Below, in pieces: positions 24,401 through 37,255 of a stretch of DNA of 64,000 bases. Numbering within the stretch: position 1 is the stretch's first letter; each line of letters starts with the position of its first letter. The translations under genes and the position numbers were made by a program. Where the stretch lies: positions 46,004,001-46,068,000 of the forward strand of contig OX597816.1 in NCBI GenBank assembly GCA_951406725.2, written 5' to 3'. Under the pieces are notes generated by a model. That model was not told the DNA's origin. It worked only from the letters and a program-made list of their open reading frames with translations, and ran no database searches. Origin of the DNA: Octopus vulgaris. Lineage: Eukaryota.

Positions 24401-25013
24401 TCTATATCTATAGATATATATATATCTATATCTATATATATATATACGATGATGATGATATGTAGGCGCGGGCATGGCTGTGTGGTTAGGGAGCTTGCTT
24501 CCTAGCTACATGGTTTCGGGTTCAGTCCCACTGCGTGGCACTTTGGGTAGGTGTCTTTCCTCTATAGCCCCGAGCCAACCGAAGCTTTGTGATTGAATTC
24601 GGTAGGTGGGAGTTACTGCCGTGTGTGTATGTGTGCGTATAGCTGCTCAGTGCCTCTCCGAAAGAGAGAGAGGGAAAAATGATGATGAATATATATATAT
24701 ATATATGCACTCACATACATATACACACACACGCACACATACACACATATAAACTCATCATCACTTTTTAACGTCCACTTTTCCATGCTTGCAGTGTGTG
24801 TGTGTGTGCGCGCGCGTACATGGCTGAGTGGTTAAGCAGTTCCCCCCCCCCCAAACAGATGGTTTCAGGTTCAGTCTCACTGTACAACACATTGTTAAGT
24901 GTGTTCTACTATATCTCATCTGACCAAAGCCTTGTGAGTGAATTTGAGACAGGAACTGAAAGAGGGCCCACCATATATATATATATATATATATATATTA
25001 TGCATGTGGTACT

Positions 25014-25489
25014 CAGTAGCATAACTAGGGTTTGCAGGAGGGTGGCACATGCCCTGGGCACCGATTGAAGTGGGGGGGGGGGGGGGCAGAATTGACCATA
25101 ATATGATAAGCTTGACCTCCATTTATAAAATTGCAATTGCAAAGACGGATCTCCAGCTTATTGCTTATTGTTTTATGCTGCTATTGAAGGTAGACGCAAT
25201 ATGATGGGTGTCTACCTGAACAAAATCTGTGTTAACGAGACCAGAGAAACTCTTGGAATTCATTGCTCAATATAGAGATAACGTTTTTCCAAATATGTGC
25301 ATGGGCCTTCAAATACTGCTCACAACAGGTGTATGAATTGCAAGTTGAGGTTAATCCGACCTTATTTGTGAGCATCAATGTCACAAAACTGCATGCATGG
25401 CCTTGCTCTTCTGAGAGACAAACAAAACAGATTTTGAAGATATAACCGATCAATTTGCCTCATCAAAAGCAAGAAAGATGAGACTTTAA
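25014..25489 (+). mobile_element. Internally deleted hAT (Tip100/ZMYM1-like) transposon relic
   Basis: 5' end CAGTAGCATAACTAGG. 25235-25489 encodes a decayed dimerization domain: LLEFIAQYRDNVFPNMCMGLQILLT...YL*ASMSQ...LALL...DFEDITDQFASSKARKMRL*. Confidence 0.8.
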
Positions 25490-25730
25490 ACAATTGTTTG
25501 TTCTTTTTTTTTTTATTACATCTCATTTCATACATTAGGTTTCTTTAATGTATCAATGGGGAAAATTGGTACATTAAACGGTTAAAATAAAGTTTCGTAA
25601 AAGTAAACATTCAAAAAATACATTTTGAACTAGCACTATGACCTGGCAACGTTTCTTATGGGAGGGAAAAAGGCTTTGATGATTGAAACTGGACACACTG
25701 GCATCATCATCATTATTATTATTATTATTA

Positions 25731-25945
25731 AGGCGATGAACTGGTGGAAACGTTAGCACACTAGGTACAATGCTTAGCAGCATTTTATCCATCTTCACGT
25801 TCTGAGTTCAAATTTCACCGTGGTCAATTTTGCCTTTCATCATTTCAAGGTCAATAAATTAAGTACCAGTGAAATACTGTGGTTGATGTAATCGACCAGC
25901 CCCTTCTCCACAAATTTTAGGCTTTGTGCCTTTAGTAGAAAGGAT
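25731..25945 (+). mobile_element. SINE family B (older subfamily)
   Basis: GAGTTCAAATTTC..TTTGCCTTTCATC..AATTAAGTACCAG, with a (TAT)n tail. Confidence 0.8.
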
Positions 25946-26404
25946 TATTACTATTATTATTATTACTAACTCTTTTGGGTTAAGATGGAGAGTTCCAGTT
26001 GATCCAATCAATGGAACAGCCTGCTGGTGAAATTAATGTGCAAGTGGCTTAGCACAGCATTATACAGAATGTCACAGAATGTGACAAATACAACTCATTT
26101 TTGGCAGCTGACTAGACTGGAGCAACTTGAAATGAAGTGTCTTGCTGAAGGACACAACCAACCAGACCCAATATTATTTAATGTCCACTTTCACATGCTT
26201 GCAAGGGTCAGACGAAATCTGTTGAGGCAGATGTTCTACAGAGGGATGCCCTTTCTGACACCAACCTCCATCGGTTTTCAAGCAAGGAAATATTTCCCAT
26301 GGCCAGACATTTTTCATGAAAGACAGAATACACATGCTTGTTTACAACCATCACATTAGTTCAAGAGAAAGACATGTACACACAACGGGCTTCCTCACAG
26401 TTTC

Positions 26405-26623
26405 TTATTTCTTTATTGCCCACAAGGGGCTAAACATAAAGGGGACAAGGGGATTAAGTCGATTGCATCAACCCTAGTGCATAACTGGTACTTAATTTAT
26501 CGACCCCAAAAGGATGAAAGGCAAAGTCGACCTCGGCGGAATTTGAACTCAGAACATAACAGCAGACGCAATACCACTAAGCATTTCGCCCAGTGTGCTA
26601 ACGCTTCTGCCGGCTCGCTGCCT
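26405..26623 (-). mobile_element. SINE family B
   Basis: Reverse complement of the B consensus. Confidence 0.85.
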
Positions 26624-28244
26624 TCCTCAGTTTCTGTCTACCAAATCCACTCATAAGATCAGCCTGGGACTATATTAGAAGATGCATGCCCAAGATATCA
26701 CACAGTGGGACTTTATGTGGATGCAAACTATTCTGTCTTCTCATTGATAAAAGGGAGGAAGCAAAAAAATGTCGGGGAGGGGCTGGTATTCATCAGTTAA
26801 AGAGCCACAGCTCTAAAGAACACTACTGATGTCTATACCACACATTCCCTCAGCTTAGATATACTGTGCATTCTTACTGTAAAATTCAATTCAATAAAAC
26901 TGGTGTAAACTATGAGAAGAGAATTTGGGTCAGAGTCCTCCCCTTGTCAAAGGAAATGCAATATGGGTTAAAAGTTTGCAAGAACACTCTTAGCAAACTT
27001 ACCATTTCTTCTTTGACAAACAGGACACAAAATGCCAGTCATGTTAGAATTCCCTTCCCATGGCAAATCAACTTGTTACACATCATGAACCTTAAAAAAA
27101 AAACTGATTCATTGTTTTACACATATTGCCAGCACATTAAGTTAATGACTACATCAGTAACAGTACCAGATTCTTAAAATTAATTTTACTTCATTTGTCT
27201 AACGAAAGAAACAGACACTTCTAGATTATAACACCTTTAACTCTTCAGCAGCAAAATTAAATTTCATGATTATTTCAGTAATGATGTTAAATATCTACCA
27301 AAAAATAGAATTAGTATTTTCTGCAAGTCACGCTGCCTCAATGCATTTGACATATCTTAAACACAAAAAAAAAATAGTTCAAACATGACATTCCTCAACA
27401 AAAGATAGATTGGTATATAAAACTGCTTTCTGCAGTTAAGCATAATGAAATGTTGAACAGATATATCTGATTTCCAAAGTAAAAGATTAAGAGTTTTAAT
27501 CCCCTTTTGTGATAATATTTTTAACAAGAAAATACTAACTTTGTAATTCAATCAATTTTTCAAAATACTCAAGATTTTATAGAGTTTAGTATATTACATA
27601 ACATTTTTATTTATCAGTTTCTTGTTTTGAATACAAACTTATTACTTTACAGCCAATTTTTTATGCTACCATGGATTGGATGGATCTTGTCCATCACACT
27701 GTATCATCTTACACATATGATAAGAAAAATCAAACTTTGTTGCTGTGTATGTCTTACAATGCACACCAGATGCATTTTCTTTCTCTTTTCTTTTTTTTTT
27801 TTCATTATACCACAGGCACTACAGCAATCGCCTGCAGGACTGCAGAGATGCCTCTAATCTGTATCAACTATATTTAGAGTTGCTGCTTTCTTTGATATGT
27901 AGTCTGTGCCACCCTCCTTCCCCCACTGCAGTCCATTTTATAATACTGTCAACTAGGGTCCTTCGCTTGACCATGCCACCCACCAAAATTCTTATGTAAA
28001 ACTATGACAACATTTATGTATCAGCATCTCACAGTATTCATGTAAATAAAGAAATTTTGCACATAGAAAGCACCCAGTACACACTGTCAAGTGGATGGCA
28101 TTACAAAGAGCGTCCAGCCATAGAAAACATGCCATAACAAACAACTGGGGTCTGGACAGCTCCCAAGAAGCCAGCTCCATGTCAAACCATCCAACCCATA
28201 CCAGCAGGGAAAGAGGACATTAAACAATGATGATGAATTTTAAT

Positions 28245-28414
28245 TTAACCCTTTTGATACCAACCCACATGAGACTACCAATGATTCTATGATACAAACT
28301 TTCAGATTTATTAAAATTTCATGTTTATTTCTGTTCCAGACACCACCTTCATGTCAAAATTAATTGAAATAAAGGTAATATATTTCAACAGAAATTTGTA
28401 AACAAAAGGGTTAA
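28245..28414. mobile_element. MITE F-related, degenerate
   Basis: TTAACCCTTTTG ... CAAAAGGGTTAA. Confidence 0.7.
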
Positions 28415-29084
28415 ATATTGCTTCAAATTTTGGCACAATGCCAGCAATTTTATGGGGAAGGAGTTACACTGACTCAGCACCCAACTGCTACTTTATTTCA
28501 TCAATCTCAAAAAGGATGAAAGGAACAAAATAACCTCAGATCATAAAGAACTGAAATAAATGTTGTTATGCATTTTGTCAGATGCGCTAATTATTCTCTC
28601 AGCTCACCTTGTATGGGTTAAGTATTGGTTTCAAATTTTGATACAAGGTCAGTAGTTTCAGAAGAGGGCTAACTCGATTACATTAACCCACAGTGTTCAA
28701 CTGGTACCAATTTTATTGGCCCCAAAAGGATGAAAGATAAAGTCCGCTTCAGCAGAATTTGAACTCAGAATACAGAGACAGACAAAATGCTGCTAAGCAT
28801 TTTGCCCAGTGTGCTATCATCAGGTTCAATATTAACATTTTAATATGACCAGTCTCAGGTATCTTTATACTGCTATGCAGTTGAACAACACCACTTGGTC
28901 TTAGAAACATTCAGCAGAGTCCGCTTTATTGCAAGCATTTGGGCTAAGGTTCCCATCTGACAATAAGTTTTACCTTTCTTCCTCTTACCAGTCTCTGAGA
29001 CCCTGGAAAAAGGCACAAGTACTGCCTGTCTTACTCAGATTAAGCAATAAAAAAAAAGGACAGGGTAAGAAACAATTGGTTCTA

Positions 29085-29415
29085 CTGGCTCTAGTTCAGA
29101 GGTTAGAGTGTTGGGCTCACAATCAAGAGGTAGTGAGTCCAATTCCTGGGCTAGGCTGCATGTTGTGTTCTTGAGCAAGACACTTTATTTCACATAATGT
29201 TCAATCAGCTATAGAAATGGGTTGTGACATTACTGGTGCTAAGCTGTATCAGTTTTTACCTTTCCCTTGGATAACATCAGTGGCATGGAGAGGGAAGGCT
29301 GGTATGCATGGCAACTGCTGGTCGTCCATAAACACACTTGCCCAGACTTGTGCTCAGGAAGGGAACTTTCTAGGTGTACTCCTGTGGTCATTCATGACCG
29401 AATGAAGTCTTTACC
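29085..29415 (+). mobile_element. SINE family D (variant tail)
   Basis: GGTTAGAGTGTTGGGCTC..GTGTTCTTGAGCAAGACACTTTATTTCAC. Similar to 59075-59390 and to 38145-38427 (minus). Confidence 0.75.
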
Positions 29416-29477
29416 CATTTATTGAGACACCAAGATGTCTTCAGATACCATATTTGCTTGAGTATAACGAGATTATC

Positions 29478-29885
29478 ATCATCATCAGTTTAAATATCCA
29501 CTTTTCCATGGGTCAGACAGAATTCTGAGGCAGATTTTCAATGGCCAGATGCCCTTTCTTGTTGCCAACTCTCACTTGTTATCAAGTATGGTAATATTTC
29601 ATTATGGCCAAACAGGTTTTGACAAAATATGTGAAATGAATGACACTATTTGTATGACAGCAACCTTCATTTACTACTACCACACTATGTCAAGACAAGG
29701 AGAGGCAAAACACACACACAAATATACAACAGTCTTCTTTCAGTTTCTATCTACCAAATTCACTCACAAGGCTTTGGGTGGCCCAGGGTTATAGTAGAAA
29801 CTCTTACCCAAGGTGCCACACAGTAGAACTGACCCAGAACTGTGAAGTTGGCAAGCAAACTTCTTAACCACACAACCATGCCTGC
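29478..29885 (-). mobile_element. SINE family H
   Basis: (CAT)n tail, H body and an A-type head at 29730-29885. Confidence 0.75.
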
Positions 29886-29964
29886 AACCAGTATTGAATA
29901 CAGTAGAACCACCAAATTTGTAACTAAAACTCAATAGCATATTCTATCTTTTGTCTTATTTTTT

Positions 29965-30056
29965 TTTTTAGTAAATATGTTATGACAAGAGTCTGGGAGA
30001 TGTGGAAATTTGTTTCTACATCTCGCAGTCCCTTGTCATAGCATATTTACTAAAAA
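29965..30056. repeat. Imperfect hairpin with arms of about 44 bp
   Basis: TTTTTAGTAAATATGTTATGACAAGAGTCTGGGAGATGTGGAAA versus the reverse complement of the right arm, TTTTTAGTAAATATGCTATGACAAGGGACTGCGAGATGTAGAAA. Confidence 0.85.
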
Positions 30057-30959
30057 TGTTGTTGCCAATTTTGTTGTACTTGATAAGACACATCAAGCTA
30101 AGTAAAATTGCTGTCTTCCACACATACAGGCTTGTCCTTTCTGGTGTTAGTACCACTTAAAAAGCACCAATACTAGTGGCACATAAAAAGAACCCTGCAC
30201 ACACTTAAGTAGTAGGCATTGGGAAAGGCATCCAACTGTAGAAACCATGCCACAACAGACAGTTGGAGTTTGGACAGCTTCCTGCTAGCCAGCTCCATGT
30301 CAAGCCATCCAACCCATGCCAGCACGGAAAGTGGACATTAAATGATGATGATGATGATGTTATCCCCAATTTTGCCCATGGTGCTTTGTATGAAACTTTT
30401 CACATAGTACATAAATACAGCAAGTGGTGGTGGTAAAACAGAAACATTTTTGAGGATGTATTTCATTAAAATTAAAATCCATCAACATCAACCACATCTT
30501 CATTGCATATAAGAAAATAAAATAAAAACTGAACTTGCTCCTTCTAGTTTAGCATTAATATGATTCCATTTTGACAGATATTTCCTGTCTTGTATTAAAC
30601 CAGACCAGTCTCATCAGATTAACCCATTATGCATAAGTCAGATAATAAAACAAATTATAAAACTCTCAACAATAAAACTGTCAAATCGAAAATTTATTAA
30701 AGCAGCAGCATAACACATTATTAAGCCAGTATGGGATGGGAAGGTTACAAATATCAGCTAGTTCAACCACAAAGACCAGTGAAATATATGTAGTTATCAA
30801 ACTGAGTTATGATAAGCAGAATGGTATTTATACTTCTAAAGGCTCTGTTATTGAACTGCAGCCATGCTGGGATACAGCCTGTTTCAAGGAGTTTGAATTG
30901 ATTGTATCACCTAAAGTTCTAATTTTACTAATCTCTCTTGATTAAATGGTGAAGTTCAC

Positions 30960-31240
30960 CAACTTTTTGAATCACACTAATTTATGAATGTAACTTACAA
31001 GATATTTCTGTTTGGTGAAATCCTTTACACAATTTTTTTCTCTCCTTCTTTCTGTGTTTCTTCTCTGTGTATCTTTCTGTTGAAGAGCGTAGGCTCAAAA
31101 CGTTAAAGACTTGTTTTATTTATATTTCCTGAGCGCCATACTAATACAACTGTTTGTTTGTATTCCACCTGCCTTCGTCTTTTGTTTATTTCCGTAAACC
31201 TGCCTTCGTCTTTTGTCTATTTTCATAAAGCTTCCCGTTA
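30960..31240 (+). mobile_element. Penelope-like terminal fragment with degenerate hammerhead-like motif (31072-31109)
   Basis: tcttt-CTGTTGA-a-GAGC-gtag-GCTC-aAAA-CG-TT-aaaga. Confidence 0.55.
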
Positions 31241-31419
31241 TACACAAATACCTACATATGTGTGAGTATACACACACACACACAAAAGTATATATACACA
31301 TATACATATATAAATAGCAGACAATGGATAGGTGTCAATTCATTATAGCTATTTCCAATTATCTTTTTTAATTGATTAATGGGTACACAATATCATTATA
31401 AAAAAAACATTTTCTTCAG

Positions 31420-32257
31420 ATGAATACATGAGCCACATTATTAGGAACATTTAATCCAAGATGAGAAAGGGCCAACCGTTATCCCAAGCCATCAAAGACA
31501 AATGGAAAGACAGTGCTACAAAGCTTTTGAACAAAGTCAAGCATCCCTCCAACTGAAAAAACTTTAGTTTTTCTCAGATGAGAAAAATTTCTGCCAGGAT
31601 CAGGTGGCAACCACACAGTACAACCATCAGCTTGCCATGTCCCCAAAACATGTACCAAGAATGATAAAAATCAAACATCCAGTCAACATCATGGTGTTTG
31701 GAGTGATCACTAGTGATGGCAACATTATATCCTCCATTCATCTTCCCACACAGTATCACACTCAACACAGAGACTTACATCAAGTGCCTGGAAGAAGTAG
31801 TGCTACTCTGGGTCATGAAGGTGGCTTCTGGAAGACTCTGTGTCTGGCAACAAGACTCTGCACCATTCCCCACAAGCAGGAGAACCCAGTCATGGCTGTC
31901 AAACAATTTCTACACCACATACCTAACATCAGGTCACCTAACTCCCCAGACTGCAACCCCTTTATGTGTGGGGTACAGTTGAGAGAGAGAGACCAACAAA
32001 ACTCCTTTAACACCAAAGATGAACTGAAGGTAAGGATTATGACAGCATTCACCAACTTAAACAAAGGGACCATCCAGAAGAGCTGCAGAAGATTCTGAAG
32101 TTGTCTGGAGGCCATGGTTGAAGCCAATGGCAATTTTATTGAATAAATTTACTCTTTAGTATTTCAAGATATGTTTATGATATTTTGGTAAATATATCTG
32201 TTAAAGTGAAATGTCAGTATTATTTTCATTTTTGCATAATTTATTCACTGCACCCGG
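31420..32257 (+). mobile_element. Tc1/mariner-superfamily transposase pseudogene (maT/DD37D-like), 5'-truncated
   Basis: FFSDEKNF (31568-), HPVNIMVFGVITSDG, YIKCLEEVV, WQQDSAP, SPNSPDCNP, KSCRRF*SCLEAMVEANGNFIE* (stop 32146), with frameshifts. The 3' end TTATTCACTGCACCCGG is followed by TA. Confidence 0.9.
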
Positions 32258-33094
32258 TATATACAGACATACATATACACACACATACCAGGTAGATGAG
32301 TATCAAAAGGGTTTCAGCCCAAAACCTCAGATGTTACCTACCACTCCTCACAACTAAATTTATTGATAGCAACAATATGTTGTCAAGCAAAAGGGAACAT
32401 GTGTGTGTGTGTGTGTATACACATCCTGCATAAAATTGTGCTTGAGTATTCAAACACTTCGAATGTATTTAAACTGTAGAATCATTTATCTCAAGAATAC
32501 AGGAATAAGATAGAACCTAAAAAGAAAATTTCATTAATTTATCAGAGATAAACAGCCAAGATACAGTTCTGCCAAACTTGATTTTTGAAGAAAATCGTCT
32601 TAAGAGCTAATTACTTTAGAGCAGACATATAAACTAATTACATTCTTGCAACGGTATTGACAGCCTCCGTTATATTTTACAGCAGTGACAATATCAATGA
32701 TAGTGTTGGTGGATCTAGGGACTGGTGTTAGTAATAGTGCTACAACAACAGTATATATAATAGTGATAATAGCAGTAGTGGTGGTAATTGTACTGGTAAC
32801 TGTGATGGTCGTAGTGGTGATATAAAGAAAGCTGAGGCAGTGGAAACAGTAGCAATAGTAATGATAGTGGTAGTGGAAATTGTAGTTATTGTCGGTAGGT
32901 AGAGGTAGCAAAGTACAGTTAGTGAAAGGTATGTATTGTTGCTAAAACAAATACAAAAAACGAAATTGGAATCAACTGATAAATATGTACTTGATTAACA
33001 TGAATAATTTATTCTAAAAAGAAATAAAATAGTCTAAAATTTAAATTTGAAACCAATACTTAAAAATAGTTGAATTGAGGGGACAATAATAATA

Positions 33095-33304
33095 ATAATC
33101 CTTTCTACAATAAGCACAAGGTCTGAAATTTAGGGGCTAGTCGATTACACTGACCCCCAGTACTCAACTGGTAATTATTTTATTGACCCGGAAAGGATGG
33201 TAAGCAAAGTCAGTTTTGGTGGAATTTGAACACAGAACATGAAGGTGGATGAAATACCACTGAGCATTTCACCCGGCACACTAACGATTCTGCAAGCTCA
33301 CCAC
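33095..33304 (-). mobile_element. SINE family B (older)
   Basis: Reverse-complement similarity to B. A similar copy is at 35413-35632. Confidence 0.75.
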
Positions 33305-33373
33305 TGTACTAATAATAGCTCAGAAAAAGTTTGGTACAAATGTAAAGATAGAACTCCTACAAAAATCATCATT

Positions 33374-33531
33374 GCGCAGGAGTGACTGTGTGGTAAGTAG
33401 CTTGTTTACCAACTACATGGTTCCGGGTTCAGTCCCACTGCGTGGCACCTTGGGCAAGTGTCTTCTACTATAGCCTCAGGCCGACCAAAGCCTTGTGAGT
33501 GGATTTGGTCGACAGAAACTGAAAGAAGCCC

Positions 33532-33564
<33 letters not shown>

Positions 33565-33781
33565 CATGTATGTTTGTATGTCTGTGTTTGTCCCATCCAA
33601 CATCGCTTGACAACCGATGCTGGTGTTTTTATGCCCCCATCACTTAGCGGTTCGGCAAAAGAGACCGGTAGAATAAGTACTAGGCTTACAAAGAATAAGT
33701 CCCGGGGTCGAGTTGCTCGATTAAAGGCGGTGCTCCAGCATGGCCGCAGTCAAATGACTGAAACAAGTAAAAGAGAAAGAG
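33374..33781 (+). mobile_element. SINE family A, full length
   Basis: Full match to the consensus. Confidence 0.9.
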
Positions 33782-33932
33782 AATTGCTTGGAACTGCAAG
33801 AGTTCTCTGCAGGATTCTTGAAGCATGATCAGTAAACAAGAGTCACCTTAATCTGTTGGTTGTGGACAGCTGACACCTTCCATCATACCAAGCAAAATAA
33901 GCTGAGAGTTTTCATCAAATAATAATAATAAG

Positions 33933-34340
33933 AGGCGCAGGAGTGGCTGTGTGGTAAGTAGCTTGCTAACCAACCACATGGTTCCGGGTTCAGTCCCACT
34001 GCGTGGCATCTTGGGCAAGTGTCTTCTGCTATAGCCCCGGGCTGACCAATGTCTTGTGAGTGGATTTGGTAGACAGAAACTGAAAGAAGCCTGTCGTATA
34101 TATGTATATATATATATATGTGTGTGTGTGTATGTGTGTGTGTTTGTCCCCCTAGCATTGCTTGACAACCAATGCTGGTGTGTTTACGTCCCCGTCACTT
34201 AGCGGTTCGGCAAAAGAGACCGATAGAATAAGTACTGGGCTTACAAAGCATAAGTCCCAGGGTCGATTTGATCGACTAAAGGCGGTGCTCCAGCATGGCC
34301 ACAGTCAAATGACTGAAACAAGTAAAAGAGATAAAAGAGA
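33933..34340 (+). mobile_element. SINE family A, full length
   Basis: Full match to the consensus. Confidence 0.9.
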
Positions 34341-35039
34341 ACCTTTCTTTATTGGCCACAAGAGTCAAACACAAAATAAAATAGGGACAATACATGTAGG
34401 ACAAGTGGGATTTTTGTGGTGAGAGCCACGACCCTCCCTGTGAGAATAGACTTGACCAAACAAATATGAAAAGTAGCAGTCTGAGTGAGGGAGAGAGTAG
34501 GCATTAATTGCAGGAAGTTGTAAGATGTTGTTTTGGTAGTTTGTCAAAACATGGTTTGTTGAGAATTTGTTGGATTGTTACGTTGTTGCTACCCTGCTTA
34601 GTTATATATTTCATTGTTATGAATGAAGGTCATTCATTTCTAATATTCTGTGACAATATGTCTGGCCAATATGTCTGGCAATATTTCCTTATTTGGAAAC
34701 AAGTAATGGTTAGTGACAAGATGGGCATCAGGCTGTAGAAAATATGCCTTACTAAACCCTGACCTGTGCAAGTATGAAAAAGTGGATATTAAACAATGAT
34801 AGTCATACTGCTTCTCTGTGTGTGTGTGTGTGTGTGTGTGTACACATGGTCATAGTAAAGAATCATCACTGTTGTTAAGTTTGTATGTGTCTGCAGGCAA
34901 CATTGATTGCATAATTCTGAGTTATGACTTGCATTGTAGTTTGTTGCTATCATGCAAAAGTGTCGTAAATCCAAAATGTTGCTTTTTCAGAAAATGAAAA
35001 AATAGTTATTAAAAAATGGTTATAGTGTAAACAAGTATT

Positions 35040-35400
35040 ATCATTAATAGTGACGATACTACAGGGATAAAGCACAATATTCATGTACAAAATAAATAAC
35101 AAAACAATTAACAAAATTTAAACAACAAAATTCCCCGAAGTGGGGGTGAGATTCCTCTCAGGGCCAACCAAGAACCCACACATCCTGGCACCCCAAGCAC
35201 CAAGGTTAACTCAGGCTGGTACCACACTCCTCAACTCTGACCTACAAGTGCATGTTTAGAGTAGGCCCATTCACACACGCCAACCTCACCACATTCACCT
35301 ACCTTTCAAGAAAAATACTAGAAGGTAGTACTTCCCTCTCCACCTTCACTTTCTTTTTCAGGTGAACTTAAAAAAGTCAAAAAGGGCTTGGCTGAAGAGG
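35040..35400 (-). mobile_element. Decayed L1/Tx1-like LINE 3' end
   Basis: Minus-strand translation HLKKKVKVEREVLPSSIFLER*VNVVRLACVNGPTLNMHL*, then a T-rich 3' UTR. Confidence 0.45.
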
Positions 35401-36718
35401 AATAATAATAATAATAATCCTTTCTACCATAAGCACAAGACCTTAAATTTTGGAGGTAGAAGTTAGTCAATTAAATCAACCTCAGTACTCAACTGGTACA
35501 TATTTTACTGACCCCAAAAGGATAAAAAGCAGAGCCAATTGCAGTAGAATTTGAACTCAGAACATAAAGACGGATGAAATGCCACTAAGCACTTTGCCCA
35601 GCGTCGTAATGATTCTGCTAGCTTGGCACCTTAATAATTATAATAATAATAAACTTTAAAATTATACATTGAATAGTGCTAGATGCACTTTACTTGAAAG
35701 GAAGAAAAATGTGATGGCCAACGTTTGAACATATAGCTGATATAGCAAAACAATAATAAAAAAAAAAAACTATATAAGTTATTGAGTATACTGATTAACA
35801 TATTTCTGTGTGCATACCTACAAGTATGTTTATCAATGCACATTTATCTGCATTGCAATTAAGAGAGTATGGTGAAAGTATGGAAGAGAGAAAAGGGAAG
35901 AGGTCCACTAGCAAATATATACATAGGAATATATGTGCTTATATGCTACATAATACTAGGAAGAGGGTAAAATTGGATGAGAAACAGATTATAGCCTCAA
36001 TATCTGCATATGCACAGAATTTAACCATTACCCTCCGCACATCATCAATCCTTCAAGCTGATTATAATATACTCCCTAAGGAAGGAGCTTCAGGGAGGAA
36101 GCTTGTGTGTATATTTATATAAATTTAGCATAGACTGTTAGATATGCCTATTATTACATAATCCTTTCAGATTGAGAAAACCACAGCAAATTTAGATTAT
36201 TAAGGACTATTCATTATTGCAACCCTCTACTTCCTTCACAACCATTGGGGGACATTATGAGAAGGGGGAGAGGGAAGGCAGTGTGTGGGTGTAAAATCTG
36301 TAGCCTGCCTTATAATTAGTATTCATTAGAGCATTCTTTGCCTTAAATCATCTCCATGACCATAAGATGTCTGTCTTCATGCTGGCAATCTGGAGAGCAA
36401 CACCAGGCTCTAATTGCCTGTTTTGGCATGGTTTCTACAGCTGGATGGCCTTCCTAATGCCAAGCATTTTACAGAATGTACTGGGTGCTTTTAACAAGGC
36501 ACCATGGCACCAGTACCAGTGCTATTATGTGGCACCAACACAGGCACTTTTTGCATAGAACTGGCAAGAGTGCTTGTTACATGCCACCAACATGGGTGCT
36601 TTTTACATGGAACCAGTACAAAAGAAAAAAAGAAAAATGATAACAGCTGCAATACTTTTCATAATAGAGTGACCTGGGGGTTGACTTTTCAGTATTCAGA
36701 TTACTTTGTCAAATTTTA

Positions 36719-37157
36719 CTTAGTTAGTTAGTTAATTTTTTGGCTCAAAAAGCAAAAAAAAAAAAGGCCATGTAGGGGGACAGGGAGTTATGTACAGGGT
36801 GGTGTTCATGTAAAGAGTTCAGGCCACTTGTGGTCAAGGGAGACTCTGAACCGAGCGGTCGTCGGCATCTTCACCATCTCGTCCGGCAGCTTATTCCACA
36901 GATCCGCAACCCGGACGGAGAAAGCCCACTCTCCTTCGATTGAGATGAAATTGTCGCAGATAGAGCTTTTCGGAATGACCCCGCAGCCGACGCTCTGGAG
37001 CTGGAGTGAAGAACAGCTCTTTCGAGAGGTTACACTTTCCGCTTAAGATGTTGTGAGCAAGAATGAGATCACCACGGCGGCGGCGTTTTTCTAAAGAATA
37101 AAGGTCGAGCGTCTTCAGCCTTTCTTCATAAGACAAATTCTTGAGACCAAGAACCAT
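36719..37157 (-). mobile_element. Young 5'-truncated CR1-clade LINE 3' end
   Basis: MVLGLKNLSYEERLKTLDLYSLEKRRRRGDLI...RGHSEKL, a frameshift, then FSVRVADLWNKLP...ELFT* (stop 36806). It has a (TAAC)n tail and retained CpGs. Confidence 0.9.
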
Positions 37158-37255
37158 GCAATGTAATGCTTATTCACATTGAAACATGTATTGTCTTGTA
37201 ACTGAGATTTGTACATAAAACAGGGAGAATATTTGGGCCAGATATGGGCAGTTTG

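Noticed and set aside
30565-30620. Minus-strand CTGATGA...GAAA...TC hammerhead-like string
   Set aside because: There is no stem I or stem III pairing. CTGATGA hits near 11084, 46943, 55794 and 60303 likewise lack the rest of the core.
32295-32335. GGGT-TTCA-GCCC-AAAAC-CTC, a possible further hammerhead relic
   Set aside because: The 5' core is absent, so it is too decayed to support.
32600-32911. Thr/Ile-rich 103-aa ORF
   Set aside because: It is a degenerate (TAG/TGG)n trinucleotide tract.
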